Assembly: GCA_045592785.1 (NCBI GenBank)
Contig: JAZNVL010000020.1
Location: forward strand, 9,872-73,871
From: Victivallales bacterium
GTDB taxonomy: Bacteria; Verrucomicrobiota; Lentisphaeria; Victivallales; UBA1829
Reading direction: 5' to 3'
Length of the DNA: 64,000 nt
This document shows, one piece after another, positions 10,233 to 19,281 of the stretch. Both the position numbers and the translations under genes were made by a program. Positions within the stretch are counted from its first letter, which is position 1. Every line of letters begins with the position of its first letter. A model generated the notes under the pieces. It was given only the letters and a program-made list of their open reading frames with translations. It was not told the DNA's origin and ran no database searches.

Positions 10233-10254
10233 CTCTCTGTAACAGCCAACGGTT
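10224..10254 (-). terminator. putative terminator hairpin for the minus-strand oxidoreductase operon
   Basis: The stem is aaccgttg (10224-10231) / caacggtt (10247-10254). On the minus strand it is followed by T8 (10216-10223). It lies 19 nt past the stop of the 10273 gene and overlaps the 3' end of the AraC CDS. Confidence 0.45.
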
Positions 10255-10272
10255 CATCGAATCGGCACCGTA

Positions 10273-11583
10273 TCAGCGGATGAAGGAAGTCAGATCCTGG
10301 ACTTTGCCGTCAAGGATGGAGTTGTAGATGGCATCGCCGATGGAGATGGCACGGAGTCCATCCTGCGATTTCGCCAGAATATCAAACTTGCGGTCCGGAT
10401 CTTCTCCCAGGAATATGTCTTCCTGGATCCGGTTGTCTCCGCCACCATGCCCGCCTTCCGCCAACGTGACATGGATCCGTTCCCGTCCTTCAAAGATCGG
10501 GAAGTAATCAATATACTGTCCGCCGGGTTCATGGATGGGCGGCAGCGCACTTGCCCCTGCCCCGCCGAATTCACGGGTTTCCAGACGTCCCCGGGTCCCG
10601 TTGATCGCCAGAGAATATCCTTCGTACGGCGTGGAGAAATTAGCGGAATAATTGAGCAGGACACCGTTGCGGTATTTCACGTTCGCAACAAAGGTATCGT
10701 GAATATTGATGGCAGAGTCGAACATGCACATATCCGGACGGTATGTGGTGAACAGCTTCTCTTTGGAATCAAATGCGTTCAAATGGTCATCCTTGACGAA
10801 CATGGCGGCGGTACGGGTATCCCAGCGTTTTTTGTACGGACAACGTATGCGTTCCGCACATTCGCCGCAATGACGTCCGTCTTTCCGGGACGGGTTGAAC
10901 TCGCCATCGGGACCGAAGTGATTCAGCGCACCGAACGCATGAACGTATTCCGGGATCCCGTCCACCCACCAGTTCACAAGGTCGAAGTGATGACTGGATT
11001 TGTGGATCGAGAGACTTCCGGAATTTTCCCGCATCCGGTTCCAGCGATGGAAATAACTGGAACCGTGATGGATGTCGATATACCAGTTCAGGTCCACATG
11101 GGTGACACGCCCGATCTTGCCGTTCAGGATCAATTCCCGCAGTTTGACGTGAACAGGATTGTAACGGTAGTTGAACGTACAGATGAGTTTGCCTTTGGAA
11201 CGGTCTTCGGCTTCCATCACGCGGAGCGCATCGGGAATGTTGGTGGTCATGGGCTTTTCGCTGATGACTTCCAGATCATTTTCCAGTCCGCGGCAAATAT
11301 AATTCACATGATAGCAGTCCTGACTGACCACAAGAATGGCATCCGGTTTCTGTTCCGCCAGCATCCGGTCGAATCCATCCTGCCAGTTTTCGGGCGTGAC
11401 AAGATATTCCGCCACATCCTTTACTTCCGGAAAAACATTTTTGCACACTTTGAACCGGATCGGGTCAATATCCAACATCCCGACCAGTTCCGCACGATCC
11501 TGAAATTTCTTCGCGATCGCGCTGATATACATCCAGATCGCGCGGGAGGAAACGCCGCATACAGCATACCGTTTTTTTGCCAT
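10273..11583 (-). CDS. Gfo/Idh/MocA family oxidoreductase
   Basis: The N-terminal Rossmann region starts YAVCGVSSRA.... It also has ...EKPM... and a long C-terminal alpha/beta domain. Start moved to MAKKRYAV (ATG at 11583). Confidence 0.8.
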   Translation of the reverse strand: MAKKRYAVCGVSSRAIWMYISAIAKKFQDRAELVGMLDIDPIRFKVCKNVFPEVKDVAEYLVTPENWQDGFDRMLAEQKPDAILVVSQDCYHVNYICRGLENDLEVISEKPMTTNIPDALRVMEAEDRSKGKLICTFNYRYNPVHVKLRELILNGKIGRVTHVDLNWYIDIHHGSSYFHRWNRMRENSGSLSIHKSSHHFDLVNWWVDGIPEYVHAFGALNHFGPDGEFNPSRKDGRHCGECAERIRCPYKKRWDTRTAAMFVKDDHLNAFDSKEKLFTTYRPDMCMFDSAINIHDTFVANVKYRNGVLLNYSANFSTPYEGYSLAINGTRGRLETREFGGAGASALPPIHEPGGQYIDYFPIFEGRERIHVTLAEGGHGGGDNRIQEDIFLGEDPDRKFDILAKSQDGLRAISIGDAIYNSILDGKVQDLTSFIR

Positions 11584-11751
11584 TTGAAACTCCTTATCAT
11601 CATTATTTTTCTGTTTTTTTGCCATCGATGGCAACATGAATAATATAGCACTTCACAGAAACAATGTCAAGCATTTTCTGTAAATATTTACAAAAAAAAG
11701 GACAGCGACCGGGGAAACCGGCAACTGTCCTTTGAGCACAGAAAGAGCAGA

Positions 11752-12876
11752 TCAGAGTTCTGTCCACTTCTCCGTTCCGGCGGAGTTTCTGACAATGGCT
11801 TCGAGGAAACGCATTTCAGAAATACCGTCATCCACCGAGGGATAATCACCGGGGATACCGGTGCGGATCGCGTCGGCAAATGACTGGTAGATGTTGGCGA
11901 ATGCTTCGATAAACCCTTCGGGATGTCCGGCGGGAAGTCGGGAACATGCAGCAGCGGCACTGCCGGTACCGGGCCAGCCTCTGCGCAGGATCTGAATGGG
12001 GGCATCGTTGGACCGGATGATGAGATCTTCCGGTGTCTGTTCGCGCCATTCGATCGCAGCTTTGTCGCCGTAGATCTTGAGGATGAAGTTATTTTCCTCC
12101 CCGGTGGCGACTTCGCTGGCGAAAATAACGCCGCGTGCATCCGGCTTGTCAAAACGGAGCAGAACACTGCCGTCATCATCGAGGGCGCGTCCTTCCACGA
12201 ACGTGGCGAGGTCCGCACTGACACCGGTGATGTGCATTCCGGTAACGAACTCAATGAGATGCTGCGCATGGGTTCCGATATCCGCCATACAACCGGAAAT
12301 ACCCGCCTGTTTCGGATCGACACGCCAGGCAGCCTGTTTTCCTGCATTGGGGGCGGCAAGCCAGCCGAGGGAATACTCCACGTTGACCTTGCGGACCGTT
12401 CCGAGGACACCATCGGCGATGAGTTGTTTTGCCTGCTGCACCATGGGGAAACCGGTATAGTTGTGCATGAGACAGAAGAGTTTTCCGGTTTTCTTCATGG
12501 TCTCTTTGAGATCCTGCGCTTCCGCGGAACTCATGGCGATGGGTTTTTCGCACAGCACATGGAATCCGGCAGAAAGGAAGGCTTTGCAGATGGAATAATG
12601 ATACAGATTGGGGGTACAGACCGCAACAAAATCGATCCGTTCCTCTTCCGGCAGAGCCAATTCCTTTTCGATCATGGTCTGATAATCGGGATATGCCCGT
12701 TCCGGCGCCAGATACAATTCTTCGGCAAAGGCACGGGATTTTTCCGGATCACGACCGAACACACCGGCAGTGAGACGGATACCGTCATCCAGACGTGCAG
12801 CCATACGATGGACGGCCCCGATAAATGCCCCGGGCCCGCCGCCGACCATACCCATACGGATCAGTCTTTTCTTCAC
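11752..12876 (-). CDS. Gfo/Idh/MocA family oxidoreductase
   Basis: It has MGMVGGGPGAFIGAVHR (GxGxxG) and LCEKPIA (the EKP motif), and 374 aa is a typical length. Confidence 0.85.
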   Translation of the reverse strand: MKKRLIRMGMVGGGPGAFIGAVHRMAARLDDGIRLTAGVFGRDPEKSRAFAEELYLAPERAYPDYQTMIEKELALPEEERIDFVAVCTPNLYHYSICKAFLSAGFHVLCEKPIAMSSAEAQDLKETMKKTGKLFCLMHNYTGFPMVQQAKQLIADGVLGTVRKVNVEYSLGWLAAPNAGKQAAWRVDPKQAGISGCMADIGTHAQHLIEFVTGMHITGVSADLATFVEGRALDDDGSVLLRFDKPDARGVIFASEVATGEENNFILKIYGDKAAIEWREQTPEDLIIRSNDAPIQILRRGWPGTGSAAAACSRLPAGHPEGFIEAFANIYQSFADAIRTGIPGDYPSVDDGISEMRFLEAIVRNSAGTEKWTEL

Positions 12877-12923
12877 AGCAAGTTCTCCTTATGATAAGAT
12901 TCAATGATGAAACGGGAAATACA

Positions 12924-13958
12924 TCAGCCTTTGAGCATGGCATTGAGAATGTAGAAATTGAGTTCTTCGTAATCGCGTTCCGCCACCAGCTTGTCGATCA
13001 TGGCATCATCCATAGAACGGGAGATCTCCAGAAGTTTCAGGAAGATCTTCCGGCTGTAATCAAGATGTTTCATATCCACGCCGGATTTCTGGGTACGCAT
13101 GACTTTCACATCCAGTCCGACCCATTCGCCGTTGTTGCCGAAACCGTGTTTATCCAGCACGCGGACCTGATTGAGCGCGCGACGGGGATCCACAGCACCG
13201 AAGGTCAGGTCCTGGTCGAACTTCAAACCGTTCTGGTCGTTCAGATGCACACTCCAGAGTTTCTTGTGTGCCAGAGCAAAGCCCATTTCATCGGAGGGGG
13301 AGAGATTGGCGAGGAGCGCGTGCGCAGTTTCGATCAGACAACCGACCCGTTCCGGAGCATTGGTCATCAGCCCCATGGCGATGGCATGTCCGATGGTGGG
13401 GATGTAAGTATGATCCATGGGTTCATTGGGCTTGGATTCGATCATGATGCGGATGTTTTTATCATAATCCAGCATGGTCTGCAATGCTTCCCCGATCCGT
13501 TCGGTTGCGACGACCGGATCTTTGGCTTCCCGGATATAGGTCCCTTCGCGGGCGAGCCATAGCACGATATTACGCGTACCGAGTGCATTGGCGATATCAA
13601 TGGTGCGTTTGCTGCGTTCGATGGCGTACTTGCGGCATTCCGCACAGTTGTTGGTGTAACCGCCGTCGATGGTCTGGGGCGCGAACCACATACGGGGCGC
13701 GACGAATTCGGGGACCAGACCGTGATCATCCAGAACTTTTTTCAGTTCAGAGGCTTCTTTGATGATCTCTGCGGGGGAAAGATTTTCCATATTCGGAACG
13801 GCATCATCATCATGGAACTGAACGCCATCGAATCCCATTTTCTTGTATGCTGCCAGTTTTTCATTGAAGGGGATCGTGTTACGGACTTCAGGGCCGAACG
13901 GGTCGGCTCCTTCGTGAATGTTCCACGGACCGAACGAGAAACGGAATGTACCTTGCAT
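12924..13958 (-). CDS. xylose isomerase-like TIM-barrel protein (sugar isomerase/epimerase)
   Basis: Start at MQGTFRFSFGPWN..., preceded by AAAGGAG. The FGPW..., FHDDD, ESKPNEP and HLNDQ motifs resemble the xylose-isomerase fold. It is the first gene of the operon with the two oxidoreductases. Confidence 0.8.
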   Translation of the reverse strand: MQGTFRFSFGPWNIHEGADPFGPEVRNTIPFNEKLAAYKKMGFDGVQFHDDDAVPNMENLSPAEIIKEASELKKVLDDHGLVPEFVAPRMWFAPQTIDGGYTNNCAECRKYAIERSKRTIDIANALGTRNIVLWLAREGTYIREAKDPVVATERIGEALQTMLDYDKNIRIMIESKPNEPMDHTYIPTIGHAIAMGLMTNAPERVGCLIETAHALLANLSPSDEMGFALAHKKLWSVHLNDQNGLKFDQDLTFGAVDPRRALNQVRVLDKHGFGNNGEWVGLDVKVMRTQKSGVDMKHLDYSRKIFLKLLEISRSMDDAMIDKLVAERDYEELNFYILNAMLKG

Positions 13959-14030
13959 AATTTCTGCTCCTTTGGTTAAAAGTTGTGAATTATTTCTAAT
14001 ATACATGTTGCAATTTAAAATTCCTTGACT

Positions 14031-14064
14031 ATATTACGAAATAATAGCACAATATTACGAAATA
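14031..14064. promoter_or_regulatory. two perfect 13-bp direct repeats (atattacgaaata) with 21-bp periodicity; candidate AraC-family operator
   Basis: The copies lie at 14031-14043 and 14052-14064, in the divergent region between the isomerase operon (start 13958) and the AraC gene (ATG 14073). A TTGACT hexamer lies at 14025-14030. Confidence 0.4.
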
Positions 14065-14072
14065 GGTGGATT

Positions 14073-14966
14073 ATGAAAACAATTGTCGCAAACAGAAATG
14101 ATTTTTTTCCCGCAAATGCCTGTCCCATCGCACTCCGCGCCATCCGCGGAGATATGCCAGTTCAGCACGAAGGTGACCTGACAGACATCCGGCACACCCA
14201 CGATTTTTCGGAACTCATTCTGATCACAAACGGCGGCGGTGAACACTGGATCGACGGGGTGACATATCCGGTTACAGCCGGGGATATTTTTTTGATCCAG
14301 GGGAATACCGAGCATTATTTTCTGGAACGGCATGACCTCAATATGTATAATATTATGTTCGATGATCATTATCTGAAAGAACACATGCGCAGTCTCCGCA
14401 GTTTATCCGGATTCAACGCGTTTTTTCTGTTTGAACCCACCTATCGGCGGCATCACAAGTTCAAAAGTCATCTGCATATCCCGCCGGGTGAAATGCTGCC
14501 GCTGAACAATCTTCTGTTGCAAATGGCCAATGAAATGAGTGAACCGCAGCCGGGGAGCGACCTCATCATGCTGTCAAAAGTCCTGGAGATCTTCGTTTTT
14601 ATTTCCCGGGAATACTCGCAGCGTCGTACTGCAATGACCCGTCCGTTATTCCGTCTCGGGGAAGTCATCAGTCAGTTGGAAAATCAATACCGTCAGAACT
14701 GGACCATCGCCCGGATCGCCAAGATCGCTTCCATGGCACCGACTACGCTGATCCCGGTATTCAAAAAAGTGACCGGATTTTCCCCCATTGATTATCTGAT
14801 GCGGGTACGTCTTGCACGGGCGGCAGAACAACTGTTGCAATCAGGGGAAAGTATTTCCGGAATCGCCGCCGATTGCGGGTTTGCAGACTCCAATTATTTC
14901 TCCCGGCAATTCCGTAAACAATACAACTGTTCGCCCCGGGAATACCGGAAAAAGAACGGCGCGTGA
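14073..14966 (+). CDS. AraC family transcriptional regulator (cupin + HTH)
   Basis: The cupin region is HTHDFSELILITNGGGEHWIDG. The C-terminus IAADCGFADSNYFSRQFRKQYNCSPREYR is the AraC signature. Start moved to the ATG at 14073; the track N-terminus merely translates the DNA repeat. Confidence 0.8.
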   Translation: MKTIVANRNDFFPANACPIALRAIRGDMPVQHEGDLTDIRHTHDFSELILITNGGGEHWIDGVTYPVTAGDIFLIQGNTEHYFLERHDLNMYNIMFDDHYLKEHMRSLRSLSGFNAFFLFEPTYRRHHKFKSHLHIPPGEMLPLNNLLLQMANEMSEPQPGSDLIMLSKVLEIFVFISREYSQRRTAMTRPLFRLGEVISQLENQYRQNWTIARIAKIASMAPTTLIPVFKKVTGFSPIDYLMRVRLARAAEQLLQSGESISGIAADCGFADSNYFSRQFRKQYNCSPREYRKKNGA

Positions 14967-14975
14967 CCGACCCGG

Positions 14976-16313
14976 TTATTCCCAGTCCTTCTGGATATTG
15001 AAGATCTGTTTGAGTGTGGTGGAAACCAGAGAATCGATCTGCCCGTTCCCCTGGATCACATTCAATCCGTGAACGACCTGTTTCATATTCTGATACCGTT
15101 CTTCCGGATTCTTTTTCAGAAGTTTTGCGAGGAAATCCTCCACCGATTGCGGCAGGCCCGGCACATACTTTTCGGGTTTGGCAGGACGATGTTCCTGGAT
15201 CGCTTTGATCATGGCGGGCACTGTATCGCCGTGGAAGGGTTTCACGCCGGTAATGAGTTCATACGCCAGGATCCCCAGCGAGAAAATATCCGATGCCGGG
15301 GTCAAACGGACATCATGTTCAAACGCTTCCGGCGGCATGTATGCGGGCGATCCCAACATTTCATGCGGGAGCGTGAGGGAGGATCCCGCCAGTTTTGCTA
15401 TGCCGAAGTCAGTGAGTTTGACTTTATTTTCCGCCATGAGGATGATATTGCCCGGTTTCACATCCCGATGCAATACCTGTTGTTCGTGGACCGCATCCAG
15501 TGCCTGGGCGATCTGCCGGAGGATATGCAGTTTCTCTTCCAGAGTCAGGACATTCTGCTCGATCAATTCCGTCAGCGGGCGTCCTTCCACATATTCCAGA
15601 AGGATGTAAGGGATCTTGCCGTCATGGGAGAAACCGGCATGATAGATCCGCACGACATTGGGATGATTCACTTTAGAAAGAATGTCAGCTTCCCGGATAA
15701 AGCGTGCCAACCTGGATTCTTCCGCATGACTTCCACTGAACATATTACGACGAAGTATTTTGAGCGCATACAAATGTTCTTCCCGTTCCACCAGAAATAC
15801 CGTTGACATGGCACCGGCGCCCAATTGCCGTATCACCCGGCAATCGGGCAGCGGACAGGCTTCCGTCTGAAAATGCGCACCGGATTCGGAAAGGAATGAA
15901 CCGGCAAGCTCTGCCATTTTACGGTTGCGTGCGGCGAGAGCGGATTGGATCTGGGAGAGGAGTTTTTCATTGGAAAAGGGTTTAGCCAGATAATCGAACG
16001 CGCCGTCTTTCACCGAAGAAACGGCATCTTCCAGATCCGGTTTCCCCGTGATGATGATGATCTCCATATCCGGATGATTCCGTTTGCAGTAACGGAGGAA
16101 CTCAAACCCGGACATTCCGGGGATCTTCACATCAAGAAGCAACAGATGATAACTGTGTCCGGCAAGGGACTCCATCGCTTCGCTGCTGCCCGGTACGGAG
16201 TCAACGACATACCCGTGTGCGGTCAGCACATCTGACAACATCTTGCGGATCATCGGGTCATCATCGATGACCAGAAGCCGCTCATTCACCTTAACAGGTT
16301 CAAAATCCGGCAC
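14976..16313 (-). CDS. response-regulator receiver domain fused to a Hanks-type Ser/Thr protein kinase
   Basis: It starts at GTG with GAGGAGG 5 nt upstream. REC motifs: VIDDD, LLLLDVKIPGMSG, IIITG, DYLAKPF. Kinase motifs: YALKIL (VAIK-like), HRDVKPGNIIL, DFGIAKL, SPAYMPPE. Confidence 0.85.
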   Translation of the reverse strand: MPDFEPVKVNERLLVIDDDPMIRKMLSDVLTAHGYVVDSVPGSSEAMESLAGHSYHLLLLDVKIPGMSGFEFLRYCKRNHPDMEIIIITGKPDLEDAVSSVKDGAFDYLAKPFSNEKLLSQIQSALAARNRKMAELAGSFLSESGAHFQTEACPLPDCRVIRQLGAGAMSTVFLVEREEHLYALKILRRNMFSGSHAEESRLARFIREADILSKVNHPNVVRIYHAGFSHDGKIPYILLEYVEGRPLTELIEQNVLTLEEKLHILRQIAQALDAVHEQQVLHRDVKPGNIILMAENKVKLTDFGIAKLAGSSLTLPHEMLGSPAYMPPEAFEHDVRLTPASDIFSLGILAYELITGVKPFHGDTVPAMIKAIQEHRPAKPEKYVPGLPQSVEDFLAKLLKKNPEERYQNMKQVVHGLNVIQGNGQIDSLVSTTLKQIFNIQKDWE

Positions 16314-16469
16314 TTCAGCCTCCTCAATGCTGTGTTTTCGTTTTCCCCATTAAAACTGTAACATAACACATATAATGAATTTTTCAAGAGAGAAAACATA
16401 TTTTTCACAAAAAAGAACGTTTTCTTATTGCCAATTTCATAAAACCGTGATTTTTTTACAAATAAGGGA

Positions 16470-16497
16470 TTGCATTTTTAAAATGGAGTGTTATATT
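16470..16497 (+). promoter_or_regulatory. putative promoter TTGCAT-N16-TATATT (with TGn extended -10) for pckG
   Basis: TTGCAT lies at 16470-16475 and TATATT at 16492-16497, with tgt immediately upstream of the -10. It sits about 70 nt upstream of the pckG ATG. Confidence 0.45.
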
Positions 16498-16568
16498 ATA
16501 CAGTCCCCGAAAGCGGACTTGCTCGAAAACAATCGAAACTTAAACCAATATAACCATGGAGAAAAAAA

Positions 16569-18395
16569 ATGAAAGTTTTGAATGCCGCTCCCAACCACGC
16601 GAAACTCGTGGAATGGGTGAACAACTGGGCCGCAATCTGCGAGCCGGAAGCAATTTACTGGTGTGATGGCAGTCAGGCGGAATATGACCGTCTGTGCAAC
16701 GAAATGGTGGAATCCGGTCTCGCGATCCGCCTGAATCCTGCGAAACGCCCCAACTCCCTCCTGTTCCGCAGTGACCCGTCTGACGTGGCTCGCGTGGAAG
16801 CCCGTACTTACATCGCAGCAAAGACCAAAGAAGAAGCCGGCCCGACCAACAACTGGATCGATCCCGTTGAACTGAAAAAGACCATGCTGGAACTCTACAA
16901 GGGTTGTATGCACGGCAGAACGCTGTATGTGATCCCCTTCTCCATGGGCCCTGTGGGTTCCCCCATTGCAAAGATCGGTGTGGAAATCACTGACTCTGCA
17001 TACGTTGTGGTGAACATGCACATCATGACCCGCGTCGGCACAAAGGTCCTCGAAGTCCTCGGCACCGATGGCGAATTCGTCCCCTGCATGCACTCTGTCG
17101 GTAAACCCCTGGAAGCCGGCGAATCCGATAACGGTATCTGGCCCTGCGCTCCCATCGACAAGAAATACATCTCCCACTTCCCGGAAACCCGCGAAATCTG
17201 GTCCTACGGTTCCGGTTACGGCGGAAACGCTCTGCTGGGCAAAAAATGTCTGGCTCTCCGTATCGCAACTGTTCAGGCCCGCGACGAAGGCTGGCTGGCT
17301 GAACACATGCTCATCCTGAAACTTACCCGCGAAGCGGACAACAAGGTCAAATATGTGACCGGCGCATTCCCCTCCGCCTGCGGTAAGACCAACCTCGCGA
17401 TGCTGGTCCCCACCATCCCCGGCTGGAAAGTGGAAACCATCGGTGACGATATCTCCTGGATGAAGTTTGCTGCTGACGGCAAACTCCACGCCATCAACCC
17501 GGAAGCCGGTTTCTTCGGCGTTGCTCCCGGCACCAACTACACCTCCAACCCCAACGCAATGCGCTCCTGCGAAAAAGACACGATCTTCACGAACGTGGCT
17601 CTGACCGATGATGGCGACGTGTGGTGGGAAGGTATGGATGGCGAAGCTCCCGCTCACCTGATCGACTGGAAGGGCAATGACTGGACTCCCGATATGAAAG
17701 ATGCTGACGGCAAAGCGGTGAAAGCTGCTCACCCGAACGCACGTTTCACCGCCCGCGCTTACAACTGCCCGGCGATCGCTGACAACTGGGAAGATCCCGA
17801 AGGTGTTGCTATCGACGCATTCCTCTTCGGCGGACGTCGTCCCTCCACCCTGCCTGTTGTTTACCAGTCCAAGAGCTGGGAACACGGTGTGTTCATCGGT
17901 TCCACTGTCGGTTCCGAAGTGACGGCTGCTGCTCTCGACGTGAAGGCCGGTACGGTCCGTCGTGACCCCTTCGCCATGCTGCCCTTCTGCGGTTACAACA
18001 TGGGTGACTACTTCAAACACTGGCTGGACATCGGCAAGAAGGAAGGCGCAATCCTTCCGAAAATGTTCTGCGTGAACTGGTTCCGCAAGACTGCCGAAGG
18101 CAAGTGGCTCTGGCCCGGATACGGCGATAACAGCCGTGTTCTGAAATGGGTCTTCGAACGCTGCGACGGCGAAGGCAAAGCCCAGGAAACTGCCATCGGC
18201 TATCTGCCCACTCTCGATGCCATCGACCGCACCGGTACCAATGTGACCGAAGAAGACATGAAAGAACTTCTCACCGTTGACAAAGACGGTTGGAAGAAAG
18301 AACTGGAAACCATCAGCGAACACTTCAAGAAGTTCGACCGTCTCCCGGCTGAACTGGAAGCACAGCGCAAAGCGTTGGAAGAAAGACTTGGCTGA
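16569..18395 (+). CDS. pckG: phosphoenolpyruvate carboxykinase (GTP)
   Basis: 608 aa and collinear with GTP-PEPCKs: ...GPTNNWIDP..., [48 protein letters not shown] lies upstream. Confidence 0.95.
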   Translation: MKVLNAAPNHAKLVEWVNNWAAICEPEAIYWCDGSQAEYDRLCNEMVESGLAIRLNPAKRPNSLLFRSDPSDVARVEARTYIAAKTKEEAGPTNNWIDPVELKKTMLELYKGCMHGRTLYVIPFSMGPVGSPIAKIGVEITDSAYVVVNMHIMTRVGTKVLEVLGTDGEFVPCMHSVGKPLEAGESDNGIWPCAPIDKKYISHFPETREIWSYGSGYGGNALLGKKCLALRIATVQARDEGWLAEHMLILKLTREADNKVKYVTGAFPSACGKTNLAMLVPTIPGWKVETIGDDISWMKFAADGKLHAINPEAGFFGVAPGTNYTSNPNAMRSCEKDTIFTNVALTDDGDVWWEGMDGEAPAHLIDWKGNDWTPDMKDADGKAVKAAHPNARFTARAYNCPAIADNWEDPEGVAIDAFLFGGRRPSTLPVVYQSKSWEHGVFIGSTVGSEVTAAALDVKAGTVRRDPFAMLPFCGYNMGDYFKHWLDIGKKEGAILPKMFCVNWFRKTAEGKWLWPGYGDNSRVLKWVFERCDGEGKAQETAIGYLPTLDAIDRTGTNVTEEDMKELLTVDKDGWKKELETISEHFKKFDRLPAELEAQRKALEERLG

Positions 18396-18421
18396 TTGAA
18401 TTCAGAACAATGATCCCGAGC

Positions 18422-18451
18422 CCGGCCGGTGGTAACCGACCGGTCTTTTTT
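18422..18451 (+). terminator. rho-independent terminator of pckG
   Basis: The stem is ccggccggt (18422-18430) / accgaccgg (18435-18443), 9 bp with one mismatch and a GGTA loop. TcTTTTTT follows at 18444-18451. Confidence 0.7.
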
Positions 18452-18525
18452 GTGTAAAAATGATTTGCTTTTCCAATAATATGTGATATGTTATCTGTAA
18501 CAATATTTTATCAGGAGAATGAGTT

Positions 18526-19269
18526 ATGTTTTTACAGGAATATTTGAAGTCGGCAAGCAACGTGCTTGCCCTTATCGCGGAACAGGAACAGGCTGCTCTG
18601 GAACAGGCGGCGGAAACGATCGCGGCGGCATATCGTGACGGAAAAGGGATCTACGTTTTCGGGTGTACCCATTCCGCGATCCTGGCGGAAGATGTGTTCT
18701 ACCGTGCCGGTGCGCCCGCATTCTGGCGTCCGCTGTGGGGTCCGGGAATGAGCATTGCGACCACACCCGGATTCCTGACCAGTGCGGCGGAACATAACGA
18801 AAAGCTGGGGGAAGATATGATCCATTGCGCCCGGGTGAACGCCGGAGATGTGCTGGTGGTGTTATCCACTTCGGGGAAGAACGGAGCACCGGTGGCGGTG
18901 GCGGAAACGGCGATGAAGAAGGGACTGCATGTGATCGCGGTGAGTTCCCGCGCGTACAAAGACCAGAAGGGGAATCACAGCCGGATCGGAAATCTGTTTG
19001 AACTGGAAGGAAAGATCACCATTCTCGATAATCATGTGCCGTGCGGGGATGCATCCGTCACGGTCTGCGGCGACACGCCCATGGCTCCGGTTTCCACGAT
19101 CGCCGGATCCTTCATCATGCACACGCTGTCCGGTCTTGCGGTGGAAAAACTCCGGGAATGGGGCGTGGATGCGCCGGTCTTTTTGAGTTCCAATGCGCCC
19201 GGCGGGAAAGAACGGAACGAAGCGTTATTGAGCCGTCCGGAGATCCGGGAAGCGTATTTGCTGCCGTAA
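18526..19269 (+). CDS. SIS (sugar isomerase) domain protein, UPF0309-like
   Basis: 247 aa. It has GKGIYVFGCTHSAILAEDVFYRAG and VLVVLSTSGKNGAPV (the SIS phosphosugar-binding pattern). AGGAG is 7 nt upstream. Confidence 0.7.
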   Translation: MFLQEYLKSASNVLALIAEQEQAALEQAAETIAAAYRDGKGIYVFGCTHSAILAEDVFYRAGAPAFWRPLWGPGMSIATTPGFLTSAAEHNEKLGEDMIHCARVNAGDVLVVLSTSGKNGAPVAVAETAMKKGLHVIAVSSRAYKDQKGNHSRIGNLFELEGKITILDNHVPCGDASVTVCGDTPMAPVSTIAGSFIMHTLSGLAVEKLREWGVDAPVFLSSNAPGGKERNEALLSRPEIREAYLLP

Positions 19270-19281
19270 GGAGTTTTCCGG

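Noticed and set aside
14025-14072. Track start of the AraC gene giving MTILRNNSTILRNRWI
   Set aside because: The repeated ILRN peptide is simply the translation of the 13-bp DNA direct repeats in the operator/promoter region. The ATG at 14073 is the plausible start.
16491-18323. 610-aa ORF on the minus strand opposite pckG
   Set aside because: It is an antisense shadow. The plus-strand product is an unmistakable GTP-PEPCK. The minus-strand translation is Gly/Val/Asp/His/Phe-rich with no recognisable motifs, and no RBS or promoter context supports it.
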